Shown here: in pieces, positions 48,597 through 56,878 of the stretch
Numbering within the stretch: position 1 is the stretch's first letter
How the letters are laid out: the number at the start of each line of letters is the position of its first letter
NCBI GenBank assembly: GCA_965204755.1
Contig: OZ242011.1
Location: 3,911,859-3,975,858 of the forward strand
From: Candidatus Marinacidobacterium sp.
Lineage (GTDB): Bacteria; Acidobacteriota; Vicinamibacteria; Marinacidobacterales; Marinacidobacteraceae
Length of the DNA stretch: 64,000 bases
Direction: 5' to 3'
Notes under the pieces: generated by a model
Seen by the model: only the letters and a program-made list of their open reading frames with translations
What the model was told of the DNA's origin: nothing
Databases searched by the model: none
Position numbers and translations under genes: made by a program

Positions 48597-48972
48597 GGCG
48601 CGCCTCCTCGACCCGGCGGACCAGCCAGCGCAGCCAGCGGGCGGCGGCGTAGGCCAGGGCGAACGCGAGGGCGGCGGCGGCCAGCAGGCCGACCGGCTCC
48701 CAGGGGACGCCCAGCAGCGCGAGGACCGCGCCGCCGATCGCCGCCAGCAGGAGGAAGACGGCGCCGGAGATGGCGGTGGAGATCAGCAGCACCTCGAGCA
48801 CCAGGGCGTGCACCGGCTCGGAGGCCTCCGGCGCGGGCGGCGGCGGCGCGGCGGCCGCCCGCTCGCGGGCGCGGAAGCGGCGGACGCGGTCGCGCACCAT
48901 CTCGCGCAACTGCCAGGGCCACTCCCGGATGGGCCGCCCCCGGCGGCCGGCGGTGGTGGGGTTGTCGTTCAT
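48586..48972 (-). CDS. Phage membrane protein
   Basis: Two long hydrophobic segments; overlaps both neighbours. Confidence 0.6.
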   Translation of the reverse strand: MNDNPTTAGRRGRPIREWPWQLREMVRDRVRRFRARERAAAAPPPPAPEASEPVHALVLEVLLISTAISGAVFLLLAAIGGAVLALLGVPWEPVGLLAAAALAFALAYAAARWLRWLVRRVEEARHAR

Positions 48973-49346
48973 GGGGTCTCCTCCCCGGGGCGTTCGAGCG
49001 CCCGGTCCAGGCGACGGCGGAGCGTGGCCAGCGCCAGCCGCTCCGCGTCCGTTGCGATGCGGCCGCGACCCAACACCGAGTCGAGCGCGGCCAGTTCCTC
49101 CGCCGGCGGGCGGAACCGCCGCCAGCGTCGAACCCATTCCTCCCGGCCTTCGATCCAGAAGACCTTCTTCCCGTCGTCCCGGACCCGCTCCCCCAGGTCC
49201 GCGCCGAACACCACCCGGAGATGGCGGAGCCAGCGCTGCGTCGTGCGATGCCCCATGCCGAGCGCGGACTGCAGGTCGGCGTAGGTGGCGCCGCGCCCGC
49301 CGCCCAGCAGCCGCATCAGCGTGGCCGCCTTGCGGACCGCGACCAT
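48969..49346 (-). CDS. Phage HTH-domain protein
   Basis: ATYADLQSALGMGHRTTQRWL. Confidence 0.65.
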   Translation of the reverse strand: MVAVRKAATLMRLLGGGRGATYADLQSALGMGHRTTQRWLRHLRVVFGADLGERVRDDGKKVFWIEGREEWVRRWRRFRPPAEELAALDSVLGRGRIATDAERLALATLRRRLDRALERPGEETP

Positions 49347-49347
49347 C

Positions 49348-49638
49348 TCAGGCGGCTCCCGGCCCGCGCCGGCCGGCGCCGAGCCCGATGCGACCGGTGG
49401 CCCGGACCGCCGGCAACGGCGCCGCCGGCGGCGGCCAGGCGCGGGCCGGGAGCCGGGCCGGACACCTACTTGCCCGTTGTCGTTCGACCGTCCGCTGGAC
49501 GGCCGACCGGAGCCGCGCCAGCCGGCGCCGCGCCCAGCGGAGATTCCAGGGCCAGCCCCATCGCGGGTCGTCGTAGATCGAGAGCGCGTCGGCGGCGACG
49601 CCGGCGCCCAGCAGGAGGGCGAGGCGGATGTGGCCCAC
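49348..49638 (-). CDS. Phage hypothetical protein
   Basis: Fills the gap tightly between MuB and the HTH gene. Confidence 0.45.
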   Translation of the reverse strand: MGHIRLALLLGAGVAADALSIYDDPRWGWPWNLRWARRRLARLRSAVQRTVERQRASRCPARLPARAWPPPAAPLPAVRATGRIGLGAGRRGPGAA

Positions 49639-50553
49639 CTAGGCGCCCCCCAGTTCTCGCCAGGCGGCGCGGACCTGGCTCTCGCCCACCGGCTCCCCGC
49701 CGGCGAACATGTGCGCCAGCCGCAGCGCCTTGCCCACGCTCCGCAGCGCCCCCGGCTGCAGACCGATCTTCCGCAGTTGCGGGCGCGCCCCGGCGGCGAT
49801 CCCCCAGGCGTCCAGGAACGCCTCCAGGTCGCCCTTCGTCGGCCGCCCCAGCCGAACCCGCTTCCCGATCCGGCTGAACAGTTGGGCGAACTCCGCCGCC
49901 CGCCGCCCGCCGGTGATCCGGGCGTACACCAACTCGTTGCCCAGGATGGCGAGCCCCACCCCGGTGGCGTCGTGGATCCCCCGCAGCGCTTCGAGCGCCC
50001 GGGTGTCGAGGTGCTGGGCCTCGTCCACCACCAGCAGCCCGTCGGTGTCCGTCAGCCGGGCCACGATGTCGGCCTCGGTGCGGGCCGCGCCGGTGAACCG
50101 GGGCCGGAGCCCCAGCGCATGCGCCGTCCGCTCCAGGCAGGGGCACACCCCCCGGCAGGTCGCGGTCATGGTGGCGACCCAGGCGTTCGCCCGGGTCGCG
50201 GCGTAGTGGCGGGCGGTGAGGGTCTTGCCCGCGCCGGCGTCCCCGTAAACCACCGCCAGGTCGCCGGCGGCCTGCGCGTAGGCCAGCGCCGCCAGGACGC
50301 GGCGGGAGGAGGGCGTCTCCACCCAGCCCGGCGCCTCCGGCAGCCCGTCCCGCCACTTCGACCGCTCCGCCAGGGAGTCCAGCCAGCGGAGGATCCGGGC
50401 CTCCAGCCCCCGCTCGTCGGCGCCGTACTTCCCGGCGAACCAGGTGGAGAGCGCGGAGTCGGAGATGCCGATGGCTTGGGCCGCCTTCGCCTGGGAGAGC
50501 CCGGCCCGGGCCATGGCCGAGCGCGCCCGGTCGCGGAGCGTCGGAGCGCTCAT
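49639..50553 (-). CDS. MuB-like AAA+ transposition ATPase
   Basis: N-terminal HTH, VYGDAGAGKT, LVVDEAQHL, EALRGIHD, GNE, FAQLFSRIG, PGALR. Confidence 0.93.
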   Translation of the reverse strand: MSAPTLRDRARSAMARAGLSQAKAAQAIGISDSALSTWFAGKYGADERGLEARILRWLDSLAERSKWRDGLPEAPGWVETPSSRRVLAALAYAQAAGDLAVVYGDAGAGKTLTARHYAATRANAWVATMTATCRGVCPCLERTAHALGLRPRFTGAARTEADIVARLTDTDGLLVVDEAQHLDTRALEALRGIHDATGVGLAILGNELVYARITGGRRAAEFAQLFSRIGKRVRLGRPTKGDLEAFLDAWGIAAGARPQLRKIGLQPGALRSVGKALRLAHMFAGGEPVGESQVRAAWRELGGA

Positions 50554-50870
50554 CGCCCCCCGACCCCCCGGCTCGCGCGGCGCGTCGGCAGACCGATCAC
50601 CAGGGCGTCGGTCAGCCGCTTCGCCGCCAGCCGCAGCCGCTCCGGGGAAGCCGGCGCCCAGGGCTTCGACGGCGGGAACACCTCGCCGGCCCGGGCCACC
50701 ACCCGGCCCCCCGCCGTCGCCGCCGTCGCCCGCAGGAAGATCGGCTCCTCGCCCGCCGTCCAGGCGGCCGCCTCCTCCGGGTCGTCCGTGGCCCACGACT
50801 CCCCGGCCTCGTCGAACACCAGGTAGAGCACCCGCAGGAAGTAGCGGCGCGGACCGGGAGCGGGCGCCAT
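50550..50870 (-). CDS. Phage hypothetical protein
   Basis: Coupled start/stop overlaps. Confidence 0.55.
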   Translation of the reverse strand: MAPAPGPRRYFLRVLYLVFDEAGESWATDDPEEAAAWTAGEEPIFLRATAATAGGRVVARAGEVFPPSKPWAPASPERLRLAAKRLTDALVIGLPTRRASRGVGGR

Positions 50871-51148
50871 CAGTCGCACCGGGCGCAGCGGAGCCGCCCG
50901 TCGCCGCCGGTCGCCCGCACCGCGGTCGATCCGCACCGGGCGCAGGCGCCGCACCACTGGCAGCGGCGGCGCCGGGTCCCCTGGCCGCAGCCGGCGCAGG
51001 TCGGGGGCACGCCGGACCCCTCGACCCGGGCCGGGGAGGAGGTGAACCGCCGACCGCCCCCGAACCGGTCCGGCCCCTTGTGCGCCCGCTGCGCCCGCAC
51101 CCGGCGCCGGCGGCGGCCCTTCGCCGACTCGTCGCAACGCCGGGTCAT
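50870..51148 (-). CDS. Small Cys-rich (zinc-ribbon) phage protein
   Basis: CAGC, CQWC, CARC, CARC. Confidence 0.55.
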   Translation of the reverse strand: MTRRCDESAKGRRRRRVRAQRAHKGPDRFGGGRRFTSSPARVEGSGVPPTCAGCGQGTRRRRCQWCGACARCGSTAVRATGGDGRLRCARCD

Positions 51149-51378
51149 CGGCGGCCGTCCCCGTCCCGGAGGAGGTGGCGGTGCCGCGCCAGCCACGCGG
51201 AGGCCCAGGCGGCGGCGTCCGGGGCGACGAACTCCGACGCGTCCGCGCACCGGTGGCGGGCGTCGAGCAGGTTCTCGATGTGCCGGCGCCGGCGAACCAC
51301 CGCTTCACGCCGCCACGCGATGCGGCGGATCCGGCGGATGTACGCGCGACGCGGGTTCGGCGAGGGGCGGCGATTCAT
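51145..51378 (-). CDS. Phage hypothetical protein
   Basis: ATGA overlaps on both sides. Confidence 0.5.
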   Translation of the reverse strand: MNRRPSPNPRRAYIRRIRRIAWRREAVVRRRRHIENLLDARHRCADASEFVAPDAAAWASAWLARHRHLLRDGDGRR

Positions 51379-51887
51379 CCGCGCATCCCCTCGCCCACCC
51401 AACGCAGCAGGAGGATGCGGTCGGCCCGCGGCGGAACCCACCGGGAGCCCTTCGGGTCCCGGCTCTCCCGGGCGTAGCCGTTCGTCCGGTCTTCGGGGCG
51501 GGCCTCGACCCCGATCCGGCGGGCCCAGTTCGCCGGGACGCACCAGCAGAAGGCCGCCTCGAACGAGGGTTCGGCCGCCGGGTGACGCCGCGAGCCGAAC
51601 AGGTAGCGGTGGGCGATCCGGCGCTCCGCGTCCGAGTCGACCGGCGCGCGCTGGTCCCGGGTCCGGTGGATGCCCAGCACGATCGCCGCGCCGAACGGCG
51701 AGACCCGCTCGACGGCCTCCATCGCCGCGGCCACCCGATGCCAGTTCGTCCGCCGGGAAGCGCGGCGCCCCTCCGGGTAGCCCGCCAGGATCACGGCCCG
51801 CACCTCGTCGCGGTCGAGGCCGGTGGCCCGCATCGCCGCCTCCACCCGGTCCCAGTCCGGGCGGGCGCCGGTCGGAGGAGCCGTCAC
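51375..51887 (-). CDS. Phage hypothetical protein
   Basis: GTGA overlap with the transposase stop; ordinary globular composition. Confidence 0.6.
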   Translation of the reverse strand: MTAPPTGARPDWDRVEAAMRATGLDRDEVRAVILAGYPEGRRASRRTNWHRVAAAMEAVERVSPFGAAIVLGIHRTRDQRAPVDSDAERRIAHRYLFGSRRHPAAEPSFEAAFCWCVPANWARRIGVEARPEDRTNGYARESRDPKGSRWVPPRADRILLLRWVGEGMRG

Positions 51888-53869
51888 GCGCTCCCCGCGC
51901 GGCGCCGGGCGTCCAGGCCCAGCGCCAGGTCGTCGAACCGTCGCTTCATCGCTTCCTCCGCTTCCGCGTCCGGGGCGCCCGGAGGCCCGCCGAACACCGG
52001 CCGCACCACCGAGGCGTCTTCTTCGGGCTCGTCTTCCCCGGCCCCCGCCTCGTTCAGCAGCAGGTCGAGGTGGCGCGAGTCCATCCGTTTGTGGATGTCC
52101 AGTTGCTCGCGCGCGTGCTTCCGGAGCCGGGCCACATCCCGAGCCCGCTCCCGCGCCGCCGCGGTGTCCAGCACCGCCACCATCCCCTGCGGCTCCGCCC
52201 GACCCACCAGCCGACCGTCCGGCGTCTCCACCGACACCGCCCGGTCCAGGCGGTCCGGGTCGAACCGCACCACCACCCGCCGCTGCGCCTGCGTCCGCCC
52301 GCCCAGCCGCTCCGCCAGCGCCTCCGACCAGTAGCGGTTCCCGAACAGCCGCACCGCCCCGCTCTCCCGGTCCGCCACCACCGCCTCGGCGGCCAGCAGC
52401 CAACGCGAGAGTTGCGCCTCGGTGGGCCGGGGGATCTCCGCCGCGCACCGCTCGTAGGACGCCGCGAACACCTCGTCGAAACTCCGACCGTCCATGCCCA
52501 GACCCCGCCGACCCCGCCGGGCGTTGTGCTGCCGCACCCCCTCCGCCACCACCGAAGCCAGCAGTCCCGGCGAAACCGCCCGGCTCCGGTAGTTCTCCGG
52601 CTTCGCCTCCGGCCGGTTCCCGGTCCAGGCCCCGCGCAGCCGGTGGTCCCGGGCGATGTCGGTGGCGAAGTCCCGGAACGCCCGCTCGATCGGCTTCGAC
52701 TGCCCGTGGTAGGGCGTCGTCCAGTGGATCCGGTCGGCCCCCACCATCCGCGTGAGCAGACCCAGCGGGTCCTCCGGCTTCACCCTGAACCGGTACCGGT
52801 TCCTGGTCCCGCCGGTGAACACCTTGGCCGCGCCGGCCCGGCCGTTGTCCAGGAAGACCTGGCCGGGGACGCCGTACTCCCGGAGGAGGTCGGCGAAGGA
52901 GAGGCGGTAGCCGTCCGAGGACTCGGTGCGGTCCAGCCGCCAGGCCAGCACCTTGGCCGAGTGGAGGTCCTGCCAGGCGACCAGCATCGGGCGCTCCACC
53001 GCGCCGTCGGGCCAGCGGACGAACAGGTCGAGCCGGTGGCCGTCGGCGTTGACCGCTTCCAGGGCGCGCAGCGAGGCGCGGTCGCGGATCTGGGGCGGGC
53101 GGAGCCGGGCGGCGGCCTCGCGCCCCTGCCGGGCCAGCACCACCGCGGCCCGGGGGATCTCGCGCTCGACCCGGCGGCGGAGCGCGCGGGCGTCCTTCGG
53201 GATCGCCCAGCCCCGCTTCGCCGCCAGCCGCTGCAGCGTGCGGAAACACTGGGCCAGCGGCGGGGCCTCCGCCCGCAGGTAGTCGGTCTTGAACGCCTCC
53301 CAGGCGGCCGGGTCGCAGGAGACCACCGGGGCGCGGCCGGGGCGGCGGGATGCCAGGGCCAAAGGCCAGAGCCGGCGCGGGAGGTCGCGCAGACCGGGGC
53401 GGCCGCCGGAGCCGTACCAGGCGTTGCGCAGCGTCCAGGCGCTCCACCGGGAGCCGGCGGCCGCCGCGGCGAAGGCGGCGGCGAGCGACTCGCCCCCCCG
53501 GAGGTGGGCGGCGGCCGCGGCTTCGATCAGCACCGCCTGCTCCTCCGCCCGCTCCCGCTGCGGAGCGCCCAGCCGCGCCCAGCGCGCGGCCAACTCATCC
53601 TCGTCGAACGACGCGGACGGCGGCGGGGAGTCGGCCCCGGCGGCGGGCCCGTCGTCCCCGGCATCCGCGACGCAGGGGCGGACATCCGCCGGAAGGCGCT
53701 CCGCCCGGTAGAGGCGGCGGTTCCAGGCCCGGCTGTCCGACCCCCGCTCGAAGGGCCAGTCCTCGAGCCGGGCGCGGCGGTTGACATCCCGCTTGGTGAC
53801 GCCGAGACGGACGGCGATCTCCGCCGCTGTCCACAGCCGCCCGCGGTCATGCGGCCCATCCGGGGTCAC
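51884..53869 (-). CDS. MuA-type DDE transposase
   Basis: NADGH..DLFVRWPDG, WQDLHS, LDNGR, GGTRNRYRFRVKPEDPLG, GQSKPIERAF, FGNRYWS, VRFDPD. Confidence 0.95.
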   Translation of the reverse strand: MTPDGPHDRGRLWTAAEIAVRLGVTKRDVNRRARLEDWPFERGSDSRAWNRRLYRAERLPADVRPCVADAGDDGPAAGADSPPPSASFDEDELAARWARLGAPQRERAEEQAVLIEAAAAAHLRGGESLAAAFAAAAAGSRWSAWTLRNAWYGSGGRPGLRDLPRRLWPLALASRRPGRAPVVSCDPAAWEAFKTDYLRAEAPPLAQCFRTLQRLAAKRGWAIPKDARALRRRVEREIPRAAVVLARQGREAAARLRPPQIRDRASLRALEAVNADGHRLDLFVRWPDGAVERPMLVAWQDLHSAKVLAWRLDRTESSDGYRLSFADLLREYGVPGQVFLDNGRAGAAKVFTGGTRNRYRFRVKPEDPLGLLTRMVGADRIHWTTPYHGQSKPIERAFRDFATDIARDHRLRGAWTGNRPEAKPENYRSRAVSPGLLASVVAEGVRQHNARRGRRGLGMDGRSFDEVFAASYERCAAEIPRPTEAQLSRWLLAAEAVVADRESGAVRLFGNRYWSEALAERLGGRTQAQRRVVVRFDPDRLDRAVSVETPDGRLVGRAEPQGMVAVLDTAAARERARDVARLRKHAREQLDIHKRMDSRHLDLLLNEAGAGEDEPEEDASVVRPVFGGPPGAPDAEAEEAMKRRFDDLALGLDARRRAGSA

Positions 53870-54150
53870 CGGGCCCCGCGCCCGCCGAACGGGAGCCGGC
53901 CGGGCGCGAGTTCCTCCATCCCCCGCGCCGGCGTCGTCATCCGGTACAGCCACACCCGGTCGCCCCGCGCCGAAACCTCCACCCGGCACGCGATCTCCGC
54001 CCCGCCGTGACGCAGTTCCGAAACGATGCTGTTCACCGCGCACACCCGCGCCCAACGCACGATCTCCATCGTCGAGTGCTCCCGACCGTCCGACAGAACC
54101 TCGTGAACCCGGCGCAACCGCGCCGAACGGTCCACCCGCGCCGCGTGCAT
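53866..54150 (-). CDS. Small winged-HTH phage protein
   Basis: RLRRVHEVLSDGREHSTMEI...AVNSIVSELR.GG.EI.C. Confidence 0.75.
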   Translation of the reverse strand: MHAARVDRSARLRRVHEVLSDGREHSTMEIVRWARVCAVNSIVSELRHGGAEIACRVEVSARGDRVWLYRMTTPARGMEELAPGRLPFGGRGAR

Positions 54151-54437
54151 CAGCGGCCGGACCCGGAAACTCCGTTCTCCGGGGAACGGATTTCTCCGCC
54201 GCGCGCCAGGCGCTCGCGGTCGCTCAGGACGGCATCCCTGGCCGAACGCGCCGCCGCTTCCGCCGCCGTGAGGCGCTCGATGGCGGCGAGGATGTCGGCC
54301 TCGAAACCGGCGGGCCAGCGCCGCCGCCCGTTCAGGCGCCTGTTCAGGAGAGACGGATCGATCCGGATCTCCCGCGCGACGGCGGCTTGGGAAAATCCCG
54401 AGCAGCCGATCCGCTCCCGGATAGTCCTCGGTGTCAT
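54150..54437 (-). CDS. Cro/Ner-like HTH regulator
   Basis: FSQAAVAREIRIDPSLLNRRLNG; divergent from the repressor. Confidence 0.8.
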   Translation of the reverse strand: MTPRTIRERIGCSGFSQAAVAREIRIDPSLLNRRLNGRRRWPAGFEADILAAIERLTAAEAAARSARDAVLSDRERLARGGEIRSPENGVSGSGR

Positions 54438-54503
54438 TGTTTGGCACCGTATAGGACGCAGAGTCCTTATGTCAATGGAAGCCTTGACACTACGCTTTTC
54501 GCC
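54438..54503. promoter_or_regulatory. Lysis/lysogeny switch region: leftward sigma70 promoter and candidate operator
   Basis: Minus-strand TTGACA (54470-54475) followed by TATACG/TACGGT; AGGAC-N5-GTCCT palindrome (54453-54467); second TTGACA on + at 54484. Confidence 0.65.
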
Positions 54504-55391
54504 GTGCTCGGGGCGCGACTGGCGGAGATCCGGAAGCGCCGGGGGCTGACCCAGCAGGACCTGGCCGCCAGGATGGGCGGGCGCTACGAGCAGTCCTTCA
54601 TCTCGAAGGTCGAGGCCGGGAGCCGGTCGTTACGGCTCGACGGCGTGATCCAGGTGGCGGAGGCCCTCGATGTCTCGATCGACTACCTGGTCGGGCTCGC
54701 CGACGAGCCGCAGCCGCTGAGTTCCCCGGCGCCCGAACGCCGGTCAGCCGGCGACAGCGCGGCGGTCGCCGCCACGCTCTCCGGGGAGGAGATTCGGGAG
54801 ATCGAGGCCGGTGTCCGCGCGATGAACCGGTTCCTTCGGCGAGTCGCGGGCAACCCGCCCCGGGGACGACCGCCCGCCGACCGCGAGCCGCAGCCGTCCG
54901 GTGAGCCGGTAGCCGATGTCGCGCTGGCGCCCGGCGTGGAAGAGGCGCCGGCCGACTATCTGGAAACCCCCTACGCCTCGGAAGTGCGGGCGTCCGCGGG
55001 AGGAGGCGAGTGGGTGTTCGAGGAGTCGGCCGACTTCCGCGTCCGGCTGCGCCGCAGCGCCTTACCGCGCTGGGCCAACACCGGGAACCTGGTCTGCATT
55101 CGGGTCTCCGGGGACTCCATGGAGCCCGGGATCCGCGACGGCGACCTCCTCGCCATCGACCACTCCCGGATCGAGCCGACGGACAACCGGAAGTTCGCCG
55201 TCAGCACCGACGACGGGCTGGTGGTGAAGCGGCTGCGCCGAACCGGGGCCGGTTGGGAACTGGCGAGCGACAACCCGAAGCGGGGGGCCCGGAACCGGCC
55301 GATGCGCGGGGACGACCGCATCGTGGGACAGGTGGCGTGGAACGGGCCGCCGCTCCCCGGCATGGTGGCGCATCGAGGCGACACCGGCTGA
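54504..55391 (+). CDS. CI-like repressor (XRE HTH + S24 peptidase)
   Basis: RLAEIRKRRGLTQQDLA...ISKVEAG...IDYLVG; ASAGGG, VSGDSMEP, VVKRL. Confidence 0.92.
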   Translation: MLGARLAEIRKRRGLTQQDLAARMGGRYEQSFISKVEAGSRSLRLDGVIQVAEALDVSIDYLVGLADEPQPLSSPAPERRSAGDSAAVAATLSGEEIREIEAGVRAMNRFLRRVAGNPPRGRPPADREPQPSGEPVADVALAPGVEEAPADYLETPYASEVRASAGGGEWVFEESADFRVRLRRSALPRWANTGNLVCIRVSGDSMEPGIRDGDLLAIDHSRIEPTDNRKFAVSTDDGLVVKRLRRTGAGWELASDNPKRGARNRPMRGDDRIVGQVAWNGPPLPGMVAHRGDTG

Positions 55392-55427
55392 CCTCGCGGC
55401 GCGGGATCGCCCGATCGGGGGAACGGA

Positions 55428-55457
55428 TGGACGCCGGCTGCCCCGTGGTGTTACCAT
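55428..55457 (+). promoter_or_regulatory. Putative sigma70 promoter facing the MuF 3' end
   Basis: TGGACG-N18-TACCAT with extended -10 TG at 55449-55450. Confidence 0.5.
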
Positions 55458-55463
55458 CAGCAG

Positions 55464-55606
55464 CGAAAGGGCTGTTTCCTCTACGCTCGCGCTGGTGCGC
55501 TGAGGGGTGCCTGGAAACCCAAAAGGAAGGACTCGGCCTCGTGCCGAGCGGCGGGTCTGAGCGATGCCCGTCGGCAGCCACACGGGACTACCAGGCGCAG
55601 TCCCAC
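55464..55606 (+). ncRNA. Candidate structured ncRNA (multi-stem junction plus kissing loop), convergent with MuF
   Basis: Stems GGCTGT/GCAGCC, TTCCT/AGGAA, GCGC/GCGC, GGGT/ACCC, CTCGGC/GCCGAG, CGGCGGGT/GCCCGTCG, GGGACT/AGTCCC; complementary loops GCCTGG and CCAGGC; upstream promoter. Confidence 0.5.
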
Positions 55607-55609
55607 ATC

Positions 55610-56878
55610 TCACCCTTCCGGCTTGTGGGCGGTGCGGACGACCTTAATCGCTTTGCGTATGTGCGTCTTGATCTCCGCCGGTCGGGTACTTCTGCGGAAA
55701 CTGATTAGTTCGACTCTGTTGGTGTCGGGGACGACTTCGAGAACAGCCATGTAGCCTCGTCCTCCCTGCTTGCCGAAGAAATTCCAGCGGTTTCCCCGAT
55801 TCTTCTCCGGAGTTGCATGGGAGACATAGACGTCCGACGGGTTTTCGATGATGGCGGGCAGGTTTCGGTAGTCGTCATGCGTCAGATCGAGGTGCCCCGG
55901 GTTTTGGGCCGGATTCGGATGCCGCCCGTCCTGCTTGTGCATGATGCGGTCGGGGAATCGGACCAGTGCGGTCTTGGCTCCGACCGCAACTTGGACATCG
56001 CGATCAAGGATGCCGCCCAGGAGATCCCCTAGGGGACTGGCGCGGAATGCCTTGAAGACAGGGCCATTGATGATGGAGCCGACGGTGCTGCGGGCGAGGT
56101 CGTAGTCGGCGCGTTCGATCTTCTCGTTCAGGTTTTCCATCAGGACCCGGCCCCGGGCCCTTCCGGGGTTCGAGGCCCAAGCGGGGTCGATGCCCTTGTC
56201 CACGATCTGGACTTCTCCGGTTCGGCGGTTCAGCCGTTCTTCGGGGTTCCTGGCGGGGCGTGAGGTAGGGCCGCCCCGGCGCTCGGCTTCGCGGCGGCTG
56301 ACCTGGCGGACGCTGCATTTGCAGCCCCAGCCGTTCGGCGGGAAGTGGTCGTTCCACCACGGGTCGTCAACGGGGAGGAGCGTTCCGGCCCAGTCGCTGT
56401 GCTCCTTGCGGTGTTCCTTGCTGGGCCCGAGTTGGTAGAGGAAGTAGGGGTGGCCCCACTTGGTGCGCTGGGCGCGTTGCCAGACGCCGGCGGCGCGGGC
56501 GGCGCGGAGGTTGGCGCGGTAGATGGTGCGGAGGCGGCGGGGGCTGCCGAGTTGGGCGAGGACCTGCTTGCCGGTCAGCGGGTCCTTCATGACCTTCTTT
56601 CCCCACCAGCCACGGCGCTGGAGGAGGGGAGTGAGGTCCTTCCGAAACTGCTCGAGCGTCCTTCCCTCGGCGATGGCCTTGCTCAGCGCCTCGCGGATGT
56701 CCATCAGGATTTCGACTTCCATCGCCTTGGCGACGGTGAAGGCGTGGGCGTGCTCTTGGAGCCACACATCGCGGTAGTCGAAGCCGACCTTGACATCGCG
56801 GAGGCGGAAGTACTCCAGCGCCTCCCGGGGAACCGGCGCCGGGAACTCGAACCCGGGGCGCGGCGGGTGGTCAGCCAC
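55610..56878 (-). CDS. MuF (gp30) head morphogenesis protein with C-terminal BECR-like nuclease extension
   Basis: AFTVAK, LQRRGWWG, SPRRLRTIYRAN, DDPWW..HFPPNGWGCKC, GIDPAWASNPG; extension H.DLT.DDY..LP.II.NP ... LISFRR. Confidence 0.9.
   Translation of the reverse strand: MADHPPRPGFEFPAPVPREALEYFRLRDVKVGFDYRDVWLQEHAHAFTVAKAMEVEILMDIREALSKAIAEGRTLEQFRKDLTPLLQRRGWWGKKVMKDPLTGKQVLAQLGSPRRLRTIYRANLRAARAAGVWQRAQRTKWGHPYFLYQLGPSKEHRKEHSDWAGTLLPVDDPWWNDHFPPNGWGCKCSVRQVSRREAERRGGPTSRPARNPEERLNRRTGEVQIVDKGIDPAWASNPGRARGRVLMENLNEKIERADYDLARSTVGSIINGPVFKAFRASPLGDLLGGILDRDVQVAVGAKTALVRFPDRIMHKQDGRHPNPAQNPGHLDLTHDDYRNLPAIIENPSDVYVSHATPEKNRGNRWNFFGKQGGRGYMAVLEVVPDTNRVELISFRRSTRPAEIKTHIRKAIKVVRTAHKPEG

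Noticed and set aside
55464-55606. Cobalamin riboswitch or hammerhead ribozyme identity for the candidate RNA
   Set aside because: The junction-plus-kissing-loop layout is reminiscent, but no B12-box is evident and no gene lies downstream in sense. CTGAGCGA and CGAAA do not assemble into a hammerhead core.
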